Assembly (NCBI GenBank): GCA_021399345.1
Contig: JAAFKI010000175.1
Span: 1 to 64,000, forward strand
Length of the DNA stretch: 64,000 nucleotides
Direction: 5' to 3'
Origin: Candidatus Heimdallarchaeota archaeon
Lineage (GTDB): Archaea > Asgardarchaeota > Heimdallarchaeia > Heimdallarchaeales > Heimdallarchaeaceae
Shown: piece by piece, positions 38,328 through 49,040 of the stretch
Numbering within the stretch: the stretch's first letter is position 1
How the letters are laid out: every line of letters starts with the position of its first letter
Notes under the pieces: generated by a model
What the model was told of the DNA's origin: nothing
The model's input: the letters and a program-made list of their open reading frames with translations, nothing else
The model's database searches: none
Position numbers and translations under genes: made by a program

Positions 38328-39392
38328 CTATGAAACTTCAACATTTAATCCTTTGTCTTGATATAGGATATAGGCATTACCTCCGGCACGTATTATTGCT
38401 TGGGCAACCTCTTTTTGCTTTTCTGGAGAATAGGCTAGGAATGAACCACCATTTCCGCTCCCTAATAGTTTACAAGCAAGGGCTCCAGCGTTTTTTGCGC
38501 TTAAAATTAATTCTTGCATCTGATTTGTGACATTTTCAAAATAGTTTTGTTGGAAATGGTGATGGGAATCGATTAATTCAACTAGTTCCTCTGGTTTAAA
38601 TTCCTGGTTTTTCATTTTACGATATCCATCTCTTACAACATCCCTAATTCCTAAAACAGCTACTAGTCTTTGTAATTTTTTACTAGTATTTTCTTTATAC
38701 GCTTGATGTACTTCACTAAAGGATGAAGATTGTAAATCAAAGGAAGTATCTCTTTTGTTCATTATTTCTATTCCTTGATTTATCTCCTCTTTCCTCTTTC
38801 TTATCGTTTGAATAGTTTCTTTTTTTGTTAAAGTATCACCAATAACTATACCAGTAAGTTTAGTATCAAGTTTTTCGAGCTTGTAAGGTTCCCTACACTC
38901 TAAATGGAGCATATCTCCAAACACACTGGCATATTGATCCATCATTCCTCCCGGTTCTCCCAAGTTTACTACTTCTGCTAAATATGCATTCCATGCCAAT
39001 TCTTTCTCTGTTAAATTTGAATCTGAGGCTTTATCAAAAAACCCAACCAAGGCCGAACAAAGTGCAGATGAAGAGGAGAGTCCTTTCCCTATTAGGATGT
39101 TGGAATTAACTTCAACGTTCGCCCCAAAGTTCTTTGGAAGATATTTTTGAAAAATATTGAAAACAGAACGAATATAATCTCTTTTTTCGTTTAGTGGCTG
39201 TGTTTCATTACTAAACTTAACTTCTTTACCTAAATCTGTTAGTGTGAATTTAATAATTCCACTATTGTTTGTTTTGCCTTTAACTTCTATTCTTTGGTTG
39301 ACTGCAATAGTTATAACTTCAAGGTTCATGTAATCTACATCTTCACCAAAAAGACAAACTCTTCCAGGAGAAGACGAAATTATCTCTAGCAT
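38328..39392 (-). CDS. GHMP-family sugar kinase (galactokinase-like)
   Basis: PGRVCLFGEDVDY, GKGLSSSSA, GMMDQ, GSGNGG. Confidence 0.85.
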   Translation of the reverse strand: MLEIISSSPGRVCLFGEDVDYMNLEVITIAVNQRIEVKGKTNNSGIIKFTLTDLGKEVKFSNETQPLNEKRDYIRSVFNIFQKYLPKNFGANVEVNSNILIGKGLSSSSALCSALVGFFDKASDSNLTEKELAWNAYLAEVVNLGEPGGMMDQYASVFGDMLHLECREPYKLEKLDTKLTGIVIGDTLTKKETIQTIRKRKEEINQGIEIMNKRDTSFDLQSSSFSEVHQAYKENTSKKLQRLVAVLGIRDVVRDGYRKMKNQEFKPEELVELIDSHHHFQQNYFENVTNQMQELILSAKNAGALACKLLGSGNGGSFLAYSPEKQKEVAQAIIRAGGNAYILYQDKGLNVEVS

Positions 39393-39393
39393 T

Positions 39394-40734
39394 CTACTCC
39401 GTCCATTTCTCTTGATATTCGGTAGCTGCCCTCTTTACTTTTTCAATATCAATAGTCAAATAGTTTCCATCTTGAAAAACAATTTCCCCATCAATCATAG
39501 TCATACTTACATCTTTACCACTAGCTGAATAAACTAAATGGGAAACTGGGTTGTAAAGAGGAAAAGAGTTTACTTCATCAATATTAGCCATTACTAAATC
39601 AGCTTTTTTCCCTACTTCAACTGAGCCTATCTCTGTTCCCCAGTTTATAGCTTGAGCTCCCTCTATTGTTGCCATTCTAAGAACTTTCTCTGCAGGTAAA
39701 GCCAGTTCATCTAGATGTTTAATCTTCTGTAAAAATGCAGCTAAACGCATATCTTGAAACATATCAAAATTATTATTACATGGAGGACCATCTGTCCCAA
39801 TCCCAACAATAATCCCCAACTTATGATATCGTAAAACATCACATATTCCTGAAGCCAATTTACTGTTACTGCTAGGATTGTGAGTTATTCGGGTATTTGT
39901 TTGTTCAACTAAATTATATTCATCATCATCTAGCCATATTCCATGAGCTAGTATTGTTTCTGAGCCTAGAGCATCTAGTTTTTTCAGCGATCTAAAATAG
40001 CTATCTCCAAATATTCTTACAACTTCTGCACATTCAGCTTGAGATTCTGAAGCGTGTGAATGAATCATTAGATCATCATATTCGTCTTTTGTCTCCACAA
40101 CAAGTTTCATCAATTCAGATGAACAGGATAGAAGAAATCTTGGATTTAAAGAATATTTAACTCTCCCATTTTGTGTTTGATGATATTCATCAATTTGCTT
40201 TCTAGCAGATTCAATTACTGTTTCAGCATCTTCAATTATTATTTCCGGAAAATCATTACTGTAATCCATCAGCATTTTACCGATTCTTGTCCTGATTCCA
40301 ATTTCTTGTGCTGCTTTAATTCCAGAATCTGAATCATGATTAGTAAGCATATCATTTGCTGTAGAAGTACCTGTTCTTATCATTTCAGCAAAACCTAGAA
40401 GTGATGAATTGTATACTTCTTCTGCAGTAAACTGAGCTTCTCCTGGTAAAACCACCTTCTTTAACCAATCTAGAAGGGCATAATCATCCGCCTTTCCTCT
40501 TAGAAATGTTTGAACACTGTGACTATGTGTGTTTACTAAACCTGGGAGTAAAATTTTGTTGTTTCCGTCAATTATTTTTGTTGCTGAAAATTCCTTATGA
40601 ATTTCCTTTTTTGTTCCCACACCATGAATTAATCCATTAGACACATAAACAGCAGCATCTTTGATAATACTGTTTTTTTGATTGCAGGTAACTATTATAT
40701 CCGCTTCTAAGATTGTATCTTTCAACTTGACCAT
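39394..40734 (-). CDS. Amidohydrolase-family nucleoside/purine deaminase (MtaD-like)
   Basis: PGLVNTHSH, HASES, LAHG, GTDG, GKKADL; start MVKLK at 40734. Confidence 0.88.
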   Translation of the reverse strand: MVKLKDTILEADIIVTCNQKNSIIKDAAVYVSNGLIHGVGTKKEIHKEFSATKIIDGNNKILLPGLVNTHSHSVQTFLRGKADDYALLDWLKKVVLPGEAQFTAEEVYNSSLLGFAEMIRTGTSTANDMLTNHDSDSGIKAAQEIGIRTRIGKMLMDYSNDFPEIIIEDAETVIESARKQIDEYHQTQNGRVKYSLNPRFLLSCSSELMKLVVETKDEYDDLMIHSHASESQAECAEVVRIFGDSYFRSLKKLDALGSETILAHGIWLDDDEYNLVEQTNTRITHNPSSNSKLASGICDVLRYHKLGIIVGIGTDGPPCNNNFDMFQDMRLAAFLQKIKHLDELALPAEKVLRMATIEGAQAINWGTEIGSVEVGKKADLVMANIDEVNSFPLYNPVSHLVYSASGKDVSMTMIDGEIVFQDGNYLTIDIEKVKRAATEYQEKWTE

Positions 40735-40800
40735 TGGTTTAATTGGGAATAGCTTAATAAATCCTCTTTTTTTTGTATTTTTACAGAGGAGATAGAATCT

Positions 40801-41457
40801 ATGGCAAATGATGAGATAGCAAAGTTGACAGAAGATATCGTCATATGTGAAGCTTGCCACCTGAAGGATAGTAGGACTCAAGTTGTTCCAGGTCTCTATG
40901 GTCCAAAGAATGGTTTGTGTATAATTGGGGAAGCACCAGGTTATCATGAAGATAAACAAGGTATACCTTTTGTTGGTAGATCAGGTAAGCTACTTGACAA
41001 TATGCTCTCAGGTATTGGTTTAGAAAGGAAGAAGGATCTGAGTATCCTTAATGTAGTAAAATGCCGTCCAACTACAGAAGATAAAAACAATAGAACACCA
41101 ACGAATTCAGAGTTGAAGTTCTGTGGTGAGAGATGGTTATTCAAACAATTGAAATTACTATCACCAAAACTTATTGTAACCATTGGTTCAATAGCCTTGA
41201 GGTTCTTCATTCCCTCTGCGGCAGTAACTAAGTATGTTGGAAAATCTTATGACACAGATCTTGGAATAAAATTGTATGTAACATATCATCCTGCATACAT
41301 TCTACGTAACTATAACTTAATGGATGTTTACAATGAACATTTCGAAGGTATTAAGAATTTATACCTAAATCTCTTAAATCAAAATAAAATAGCTTCTGAT
41401 AACAAGAGATCAATCAAAGGACAAGGAGAACAGAAATCTTTGACAGATTTTCTGTAA
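40801..41457 (+). CDS. udg: Family 4 uracil-DNA glycosylase with PIP box
   Basis: C..C, GEAPG, PFVG, KCRP, YHPA; ends QKSLTDFL. Confidence 0.93.
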   Translation: MANDEIAKLTEDIVICEACHLKDSRTQVVPGLYGPKNGLCIIGEAPGYHEDKQGIPFVGRSGKLLDNMLSGIGLERKKDLSILNVVKCRPTTEDKNNRTPTNSELKFCGERWLFKQLKLLSPKLIVTIGSIALRFFIPSAAVTKYVGKSYDTDLGIKLYVTYHPAYILRNYNLMDVYNEHFEGIKNLYLNLLNQNKIASDNKRSIKGQGEQKSLTDFL

Positions 41458-41530
41458 ACTTGTAAAAGCTTCATAATGATGATTTCTTTCTATAAAAGAA
41501 TAATTTATAATCAGAATTGAGACCGATTAA

Positions 41531-42925
41531 ATGATGAAGAAAAAGTTTAAGCTGTTTGGTACAGCTGGAATAAGAGGTCGTTTTGGTACTAAGGTTACAG
41601 CTGAACTCACAATTCAAGTTAGTCAAGCGGTTGCTCAACTCTATTCTTCTGAGGGAATTCTTATTGGTCACGATGCAAGAACATCATCAGAAGCCTTAAG
41701 TCAATTTGCCTCTGCATCACTCTCATTATCAGGAGTTAAAGTTTACAAAATTGGTTTGTGCACATTTCCAGTTATCGCCAATCTAACTTTGAATTCTAAA
41801 CATTCAGTTGCTGTTTATATTACTGCTTCTCATAATCCACCTACAGACAATGGAATTAAGGTACTAAGAAATGGGAGAGAATTTACACTCCAAGAGCAAA
41901 ATCAGATCGAAGACCTAATTATAGAAAGAGATGGAAATGCAAAACTCATACATCATGAAGTCTGGGACAATATTGAACCACAATTAGAGGTTTTAGATGC
42001 AAATAATCAATATTTCAAAAGGATAACAGAAGCAGTTCAAATTAATGGAGAGGGAAGGAAGGTTATACTTGATTGTGCCAATGGTCCCATGTCAGAACTT
42101 GCACCGTTAATATTAACACATTATGGATTCCTACCAACAACAATTAATTCGCATATAGATGGATCTTTTCCAGGAAGACTTGCAGAACCCAGTCCGGAAA
42201 ATCTTACAACACTCATAGAACTTTGTAAGAAAGAAAATGTTCTAGGAGCAGCTTTTGATGGTGATGGGGACAGACTAGCCATCATTAACGAACAAGGAGA
42301 ATTTGTTGAATTATCTAGAATAAATGCACTGTTGGCTACATATGCCATAAATGAAGGGGGACCTGGAAAGATTATAATTAGTATAGATTCATCAACTACA
42401 ATTGACAAAACTGTAGAGAAAATAGGCGGAGAAGTTATAAGAACAAAATTAGGAGAACTTCACACAAAAGGTCAAGAGTTAATTAAATCTAATGAAAAGG
42501 TCATTTTCGCAGCTGAACCTTGGAAACCCATCTTTCCTAAATGGGGTTTCTGGATAGATGGACTATATTCTTTAGTTAAAATTTTGAAAGTGATTGTAAG
42601 CGGTCAAACTACTGTTTCTGAGATAATGAAGGATATTCCATTACATATTGCTAAGAGAAATGCTTACCTAGTAGACCAAGAAAGGGTTGAAACTATATTC
42701 GATGATTGTAAAACCAAACTTAGATTTTCTCTTGAAAATGAAAGTAGAAAAGAGCTAACTATTGATGGACTACGTTATGATATGGATGATGGTACTTGGA
42801 TCTTGATAAGAAAATCAGGAACAGAGCCTAAAATAAGAATATATTATGAATCCCCTACTCAGAATCGTTTTGAGTGGATTGAAAACATTGTTAAAGATTT
42901 AGAAATAATAATCAAAGAAAAGTGA
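41531..42925 (+). CDS. Second alpha-D-phosphohexomutase-family enzyme
   Basis: FGTAGIRG, TASHNP, DGDGDR, RKSGTEP; sugar loop AAEPWK (atypical). Confidence 0.88.
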   Translation: MMKKKFKLFGTAGIRGRFGTKVTAELTIQVSQAVAQLYSSEGILIGHDARTSSEALSQFASASLSLSGVKVYKIGLCTFPVIANLTLNSKHSVAVYITASHNPPTDNGIKVLRNGREFTLQEQNQIEDLIIERDGNAKLIHHEVWDNIEPQLEVLDANNQYFKRITEAVQINGEGRKVILDCANGPMSELAPLILTHYGFLPTTINSHIDGSFPGRLAEPSPENLTTLIELCKKENVLGAAFDGDGDRLAIINEQGEFVELSRINALLATYAINEGGPGKIIISIDSSTTIDKTVEKIGGEVIRTKLGELHTKGQELIKSNEKVIFAAEPWKPIFPKWGFWIDGLYSLVKILKVIVSGQTTVSEIMKDIPLHIAKRNAYLVDQERVETIFDDCKTKLRFSLENESRKELTIDGLRYDMDDGTWILIRKSGTEPKIRIYYESPTQNRFEWIENIVKDLEIIIKEK

Positions 42926-43308
42926 GATATATGGTATCAGATGTGATAAAAAAAGAGCTAAGATTAACCAACGAAAGACTAAGAATTACAATAGTGGTTT
43001 TATTATTCTGGGTCATACTAACTACCTTAGATATTATAGGAATAATTAATTTGGATACAGCAGGATCTGGATTCCTAATTTATGCAATCATGGCAGCTTC
43101 AGCCATCATTTTTCTGATTTTAGCTTTAGGTATTCAAGCTGAACCACTACTTAAACAAGTAATAAAAAATAGAAAAGAGATTAACAAGTTTTGGGAATCT
43201 GAAGAGAAATTAAAACCAAGTATTGAAAAAAGAACCAAAATTAGTGAGGTTATTTTGATTTTTGCAATACTATTGATGATGGTTTCTTTACTCTTTGTGG
43301 TGGTATAG
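42922..43308 (+). CDS. Small three-TM membrane protein
   Basis: Three hydrophobic segments; abuts the mutase stop. Confidence 0.6.
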   Translation: MRYMVSDVIKKELRLTNERLRITIVVLLFWVILTTLDIIGIINLDTAGSGFLIYAIMAASAIIFLILALGIQAEPLLKQVIKNRKEINKFWESEEKLKPSIEKRTKISEVILIFAILLMMVSLLFVVV

Positions 43309-43559
43309 AACTTCTAGCTTTAACTCAATGAAAATAGCTGATTCAAACTAGACAAACCCATATTTTCTTTCTTTAAAGAGTCAATCAATTAATTGATACA
43401 CCACCTTCTTACAAGTTCTAGTAAATCTTCCAGTCGAAGAAGAGGGGTTTTGAAAGAACCAAAGGTCACTGAAAGTATTCACTACCTTATTAGAAGGAAC
43501 AAATTACTAACTAAGCTAATGAAATATCCTTATTTACTACTAGATTTTGATTTATATGG

Positions 43560-44321
43560 ATGGCTAGAAATAATTCTTCTGAATTCTCAATATTCTTTGA
43601 TGATGGAGGGGTAATGAATGACAATAAATTACGTGGCATTCAGTGGCAGAAAATGATAGGGGATTTTTTTTCACCAAAGTATGGGGGAGAATCTCATAAA
43701 TGGAGTGAAGCGAACTTTGAATTCATAAATGAAATTATGGCAGAATATACTGAAGCTGCAGAAAATGAAGAATTAATTGAGTATAACGATTATTATTCAG
43801 ATTTTATTTTGAGATGGGTAACTAGTATGTTTGAGTATGTAGGAGTTAAAGTTCCCCCTGAAGAGATGCACAACAAAATCTACTTTGAAGTAATAGAAGC
43901 TATAACGCCTAATATCAAAGCCTCTTTTCCAGGGGTGGTTGAAGCAATTAAAAACCTTCATAGCCAAGGGTTTAGACTGTTTACTTCTTCAGGAGAACAC
44001 TCAGTTGAACTAAAAGGATACTTAAGGGGAATGAGGTTAAAAGACTGTTTCGAAAACTTCTATGGATCAGATTTAGTAAATACTCATAAGAGCGACGAGG
44101 TTTTCTATGATAGGATTTTCAAGGAAATTAATTTAGATCCCAAAAGAGCAATAGTAATTGATGACAAACCTATTTTCTTGGAATTTGCTGAAAAGATTGG
44201 AGCAAATGTTGTTCAAGCTTGTTTAACAGGAGAATTCGAACCATCATATAGATACTATGTGGAAAATATGAATGAATTACCAGAAGTAATAATTAAGCTT
44301 CTAAAAAAAGTAAAAAAATAG
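43560..44321 (+). CDS. HAD-superfamily hydrolase
   Basis: FFDDGGV, TSSG, K, VIDDK motifs. Confidence 0.82.
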   Translation: MARNNSSEFSIFFDDGGVMNDNKLRGIQWQKMIGDFFSPKYGGESHKWSEANFEFINEIMAEYTEAAENEELIEYNDYYSDFILRWVTSMFEYVGVKVPPEEMHNKIYFEVIEAITPNIKASFPGVVEAIKNLHSQGFRLFTSSGEHSVELKGYLRGMRLKDCFENFYGSDLVNTHKSDEVFYDRIFKEINLDPKRAIVIDDKPIFLEFAEKIGANVVQACLTGEFEPSYRYYVENMNELPEVIIKLLKKVKK

Positions 44322-44331
44322 AAAAGAGGAA

Positions 44332-45840
44332 TTATTCTTTGTCATAAATTCCTTTGTATGGTGCTCTTTCACCTTTCATATACCTCTTATGAGGATCTTT
44401 GATAAACCATGCAATAAGAATACCTATTGAGAAAAGTACAAGTAAACTTGCAAGTGCAATTCTCATTGGAATGGCTTGTTCAACTATTTCTGGAGATTGG
44501 AAGTAAGGATCAGTAAGGAAAATCACTAAACCAAATAAAAGAGGAGATACAATTGCACTTACTCTTCCAGCTATTTTTTGGAAACCACCATATTGTGCAA
44601 GTTTTGAAGGTGGTGCAAGAACCATAATGAATTGTCTTCCAACTATCCAAATTCCTCCAAAACCTATTCCAATGAATATCGCGCCAAACCATATTACCCA
44701 GGAAGGTATTGTGAATGCACCTACATCCAATCCACTTAGGACGAAAATGACTATCGCAATAAACCAGGACATGGCAACTCCTAGGAATAGTTTTTTTGGT
44801 CCTAATCTATTCATAAGTCTTCCAACAAGAATACCAAAGATTATAGAAAATACTATTCCTCCTAGAATAATATAGTTTGTCATTCCCTCAAGTGCGGGTC
44901 CACCCATAATTGAAACCACAGGTACCATATAGAGAATCGTTGTATTTGCAGCATCTGTGATGAAAAACCAAGCTAAGAAGAACAACCATGAATTTCTGTC
45001 GGAGATAATTTCTTTAAGCGAAGTTTTGAAAGCAGTTAATGATGATTTCAAATGCTCTCTTGGTGTCATCTTTTCCTCAGGAGGATTTTGTACCTCTTTA
45101 TGGAAGAAGTAAGGAATGCTGATCAAAATTATGACGACAGCTGATACTACAAATAAATATCTTAATCCGCCATAGTTTATAGTATTTGGATCAATAATTA
45201 CTCCCCCTACTTCCCAGATTCCGGTATCTACTTGAGTATGTGGACCAAATAAGCTGGGAAGACCTATGACTATACTTATCATTATTGCAATTACTGAGCC
45301 AAAAGCTGCAAGTGCACCACCGATGGCCTGCATAAAACCTCTCTTTTCTGTTTCAGCAATGAAAGGAATTTGAGCGTCATAAAACATTCGACCTGCTTGA
45401 TAACAGAAATTTGCAATAACAAATAGGATACATGCCCACCAAAAGTTTGCCCAAACTGTGATTAATGCGGTCGTGGTTACCATTATTCCTGCTGAAATAA
45501 GCACCGCTGGCTTTCTTTTCCCAACTTTATCTGAGATAGCACCCAAAATTGGTCCAAATATAGCAATCAAAAGATTTGAACCAGCCATAAATACAGACAT
45601 TACAATAAATACTGTGGGGAACCTCCAACCCATTTGGACACCCAATAACAAAACAAATGGAGTGAATGCTAAACTTATTACCGATTGTGAGAAGAAAGTA
45701 TCAGCCATATCATAGCTATACCATAGCCAAGCATTTCGTGAACTTGTCTGTTTTGATTCTAAAGCAGTTTCTCTAATATCATTTTTATCTATAACAACTT
45801 CTTCATGTGACAATTTTTTCACCTTAAATATGTCTCTCAA
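44332..45840 (-). CDS. MFS transporter (Atg22/BtlA-like)
   Basis: W.SYD.A, GAISD..G.RK, FYDA, about 12 TM segments. Confidence 0.85.
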   Translation of the reverse strand: MRDIFKVKKLSHEEVVIDKNDIRETALESKQTSSRNAWLWYSYDMADTFFSQSVISLAFTPFVLLLGVQMGWRFPTVFIVMSVFMAGSNLLIAIFGPILGAISDKVGKRKPAVLISAGIMVTTTALITVWANFWWACILFVIANFCYQAGRMFYDAQIPFIAETEKRGFMQAIGGALAAFGSVIAIMISIVIGLPSLFGPHTQVDTGIWEVGGVIIDPNTINYGGLRYLFVVSAVVIILISIPYFFHKEVQNPPEEKMTPREHLKSSLTAFKTSLKEIISDRNSWLFFLAWFFITDAANTTILYMVPVVSIMGGPALEGMTNYIILGGIVFSIIFGILVGRLMNRLGPKKLFLGVAMSWFIAIVIFVLSGLDVGAFTIPSWVIWFGAIFIGIGFGGIWIVGRQFIMVLAPPSKLAQYGGFQKIAGRVSAIVSPLLFGLVIFLTDPYFQSPEIVEQAIPMRIALASLLVLFSIGILIAWFIKDPHKRYMKGERAPYKGIYDKE

Positions 45841-45926
45841 AGGAGAATATTGTTCAATTTGTACTAGTTTATTTTAAAGATTCACCTAAAATGTAAGAAA
45901 AATCAATTTTTTCGAGCTTTTCATTC

Positions 45927-46933
45927 TTAACGATGAAGTTTTTTCTCGAAATCCCTAAGAGAAGGAGGAAGTTCATCATTCACAGTTACTTTACTGAACT
46001 CTAATGTTACTAACCCCATTAATCTCTCTCTTTTGGATTCATCTGTCTTCATGAAGATGAATCGACTAAACGGCATTTCCGCAGCTATTTTTGGGTAAGT
46101 AATTTGATCATGGACTTTGTCTTGAGTGCCATTGATAACAAACACTTCTTTTGTTATTCCAGAAATATTGCCAAAGAGTTCAAAATCTCTTACAGATTCT
46201 GCAGCTTTCTTCCATTTCCAAGGTTCTGCATTAGCTATAAAATTTTCAGCTCTCTTTCTTTGGATTTTCTCATTCATACCTCTCATTTGAAGTCTTCTAA
46301 GTACAGGTTTCATCATCCTAATAGCAAATACAGGTAGGAAAGGAGTTACGTATCTCAGAAACCATTTTGGAAACCATAGAGTATGCATAGGGTCATGAGT
46401 AATTACAGTAGGGGCATCAATAGTTCCATCTATTAAACCATGTAAAACTATTGCTCCACCCCAACAAGTACCAAAGAGAACAAAGTCATCTTTATCTAAT
46501 TCTAGGAAATTAATCACATCTCGAATATCTTTAGCTTTTTGACTCATATCCAATTTTGCTTTCTTTCTATCCAATTTACTACTTCTCTTCTCACGAGTTT
46601 CGACATAATAGCACTCAACCTTATCATGGATGACTTCATAAAAATCCACATACCCCATTTCAGTTCCTCCCCAGCCAGGAACAAAAACTAAAGGACGTTT
46701 TGATATTGGATTGGCAGGTCTAAAATGATATATTCGAATTTCCCCATCATCAACAGGAGCATAAGGATTTCAGTTGTACTACTCTCCCAAAAATCTGGAA
46801 CATTTCTTTCAGTAGCTGTGAGCATCTCGTGAACTTGTTGTTCTAATTCAGGAGTTATATCAAGCACAGATTGTTCCTTCTGTAGAGTTTCGTCAATTGG
46901 TTTCTCCATGTACTTTTTCTCGAAAACACTCAT
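45927..46933 (-). pseudogene. Alpha/beta hydrolase split by a 1-nt deletion near 46762 (pseudogene or sequence error)
   Basis: Frame 1 ..STTEIL continues in frame 2 as YAPVDDGEIRIYHF..LVFVPGWGG; GTCWGG elbow; GTQDKVH. Confidence 0.8.
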
Positions 46934-47085
46934 TATTAAACTTGTTATTCACCTAAATTAATAAATAATATGACCAATCTGAAAAGTGTTCTAGATTACA
47001 AGGAAAAATAGTCTCCACCTTATTAGAAGAGTTAGTATCTTTGAAAATAACCTTGTTGTTTAGGTCACTTTCTGGTCAAGGGACC

Positions 47086-47565
47086 TTACTGCAAGGTTTT
47101 CTTCTTTCTAATAAATTTCATGACAAATATAGAACCGATTGCTATGATAAGAGAAGTAGCTAGAAGTATTAAGAAGAAAATAAAGTCAGCATCACTATTA
47201 TTAAGAATTATTGAGTATTTATCGAGAATAAAGTAAACGCCAATTCCAATAGCAACAATTCCCAAAGCTGAAGACATGAAGACTAAGATATTCAAACTTC
47301 TTTTCTGACTATGTTGAGCACCATAATAAACAAATAAAGCACAAATTATTGGAATCGGAACTTCAAAAAACCAAACTCCATTAGGCATTTGCTTAAAGAA
47401 ATCTTCAACAAAATCAAAAGCTGATTCCATGCTTGTAAGTAAAAGAAAAACCAATGTTACAGTATAAACAAGTGCTAAAACAGCTGAAATCCATGGAGGT
47501 GTTTTAATTTTGGGATTGGATTTTAGATTTTGTACTTCTTCTATACTCATATAGTTTTGCACCAC
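47086..47565 (-). CDS. Four-TM membrane protein
   Basis: Four hydrophobic segments, basic C-terminus. Confidence 0.65.
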   Translation of the reverse strand: MVQNYMSIEEVQNLKSNPKIKTPPWISAVLALVYTVTLVFLLLTSMESAFDFVEDFFKQMPNGVWFFEVPIPIICALFVYYGAQHSQKRSLNILVFMSSALGIVAIGIGVYFILDKYSIILNNSDADFIFFLILLATSLIIAIGSIFVMKFIRKKKTLQ

Positions 47566-47668
47566 TATTAGATTGAAGTGAGTTGCATTAAATAAATTCT
47601 TGGTGTGAGATGTTGTCTCATCATTATGTATATAAAATGCAAGGTAAGGTTAAACTTCGGAGATTTAA

Positions 47669-48142
47669 ATGACTAAAGCAAGAGTTGAAACTAACAAGGG
47701 AACTTTTACAATAGAATTCTTTGATGACCAAACACCTAATACTGTCAAGAACATTGTTTCATTGGCACAATCAGGTTTCTATAATGGAGTTAAATTCCAT
47801 AGAGTTATACCAGATTTTGTTGTTCAAGGAGGAGATCCTACAGGAACAGGTGGAGGTGGACCTGGATACCAAATCGCTGATGAGGTAAATAATCCAGTAC
47901 AAATACATGTTCTAGGAGCTCTAAGTATGGCCAATTCTGGACCAAATACAAATGGATCACAGTTTTTTATTGTGTTGAATCCTAATAGTTGTAAGCACTT
48001 GAATAACAAACATACTGTTTTTGGTAAAGTTGTTGATGGAATGAATGTGGTTAATAGGATAAATCAAGGAGATCATATGATCAAAGTAACAGTTGAGGAA
48101 GAATCAGATTTAATCAAGAACCATCAACTCAAGAAACTATAG
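47669..48142 (+). CDS. Cyclophilin-type peptidyl-prolyl isomerase
   Basis: FHRVIPDFVVQGGDP, SMANSGPNTNGSQFFI, HTVFG. Confidence 0.96.
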   Translation: MTKARVETNKGTFTIEFFDDQTPNTVKNIVSLAQSGFYNGVKFHRVIPDFVVQGGDPTGTGGGGPGYQIADEVNNPVQIHVLGALSMANSGPNTNGSQFFIVLNPNSCKHLNNKHTVFGKVVDGMNVVNRINQGDHMIKVTVEEESDLIKNHQLKKL

Positions 48143-48223
48143 TAAGGTCAAAAAGCCAATTAATTATTTTTCTTATTCTATTTTTTATTTTTCAAATTAG
48201 TAAAATGATGATAAAAGAGAAAA

Positions 48224-48337
48224 TGGTGGCTTGAGGGGGTCTCGATCCCCCGACTTCGAGATAGCTCATCTTCGACATTCTAGCCCTTATTATACAAGAT
48301 TATGAGTCTCGCACTCTGCCGACTGAGTTACCAAGCC
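48224..48337 (-). tRNA. tRNA-Met(CAT), elongator-type, 38-nt intron (48263-48300) at 37/38
   Basis: GGCTTGG/TCAAGCC+ACCA; BHB CTCA/TGAG with bulges TAA and CTA; anticodon stem CGAGA/TCTCG. Confidence 0.92.
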
Positions 48338-48443
48338 TTTTCTAAAATCTGAACATGAAGTCTTATTTTTAATTCTTTTGTTCTTAATCATGCTTGAAAT
48401 TCAGTGGAATGTTTATCATATTACTTAAGCTATAATTAAAACT

Positions 48444-48692
48444 ATGTCGAGACGAAAATCAAAGGTTTATACTGATGAAAAAGGATACAAAAAATATAGT
48501 AATAGCAGCAAGCCGGTTCACAGACATCTTGCCGAGAAAAAATTGGGAAGAAAATTAGAACCCGGAGAGGTAGTGCATCACAAGAATAGAAATAAGCAAG
48601 ATAATCGAAGAAGTAACTTATGGGTATTTAGAAGCCAGAAGGAGCATGACAGAGCACACAGAAAAGACAAGAAAAAATATGGTAGATGGTAA
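48444..48692 (+). CDS. Small HNH endonuclease-domain protein
   Basis: VHRHLAE..VVHHKNRNKQDNRRSNL..H..H. Confidence 0.85.
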   Translation: MSRRKSKVYTDEKGYKKYSNSSKPVHRHLAEKKLGRKLEPGEVVHHKNRNKQDNRRSNLWVFRSQKEHDRAHRKDKKKYGRW

Positions 48693-48768
48693 AATATAAC
48701 AATTGTTCCTGCTATAATGCAAAGTCCATTAGAATATTTCCTATATTACTTTTCAATAATACTTAAAC

Positions 48769-49023
48769 ATGCCAAAGGAAGGATATACTACAGGGAAGGA
48801 ATCTAAAATCGTTAAAGACCAGGGTGTGAGTGACTACTATGTCATTGTCACTCGTGTTGAAAGAAGAGACTATCACTATAGAGTTAATGCAATCAATGAA
48901 GAACAAGCTATAGAATTTGCAGTTGATGAATATAATCCTATAACTGAAAAAGATATCATCTCACTTGAAGATCAATTTGTTGAAACACTTGATTGGGAAG
49001 CTAGAGTGGAAGAAAATCTCTAA
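48769..49023 (+). CDS. Small acidic hypothetical protein (DpnD/PcfM-like pattern)
   Basis: YYVIVTRVE..YRVNAINEEQAIEFA..Y. Confidence 0.5.
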   Translation: MPKEGYTTGKESKIVKDQGVSDYYVIVTRVERRDYHYRVNAINEEQAIEFAVDEYNPITEKDIISLEDQFVETLDWEARVEENL

Positions 49024-49040
49024 AAAACAAATTTCATTAA

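Noticed and set aside
43393-43614. 73-aa ORF upstream of the HAD hydrolase
   Set aside because: TTG start, overlaps the HAD gene start, no motif; more likely intergenic.
43484-47029. 13-nt match ACCTTATTAGAAG in two intergenic regions (43484-43496 and 47017-47029)
   Set aside because: A match of this length is plausible by chance in AT-rich DNA; only one weak extra copy (near 43401) was seen.
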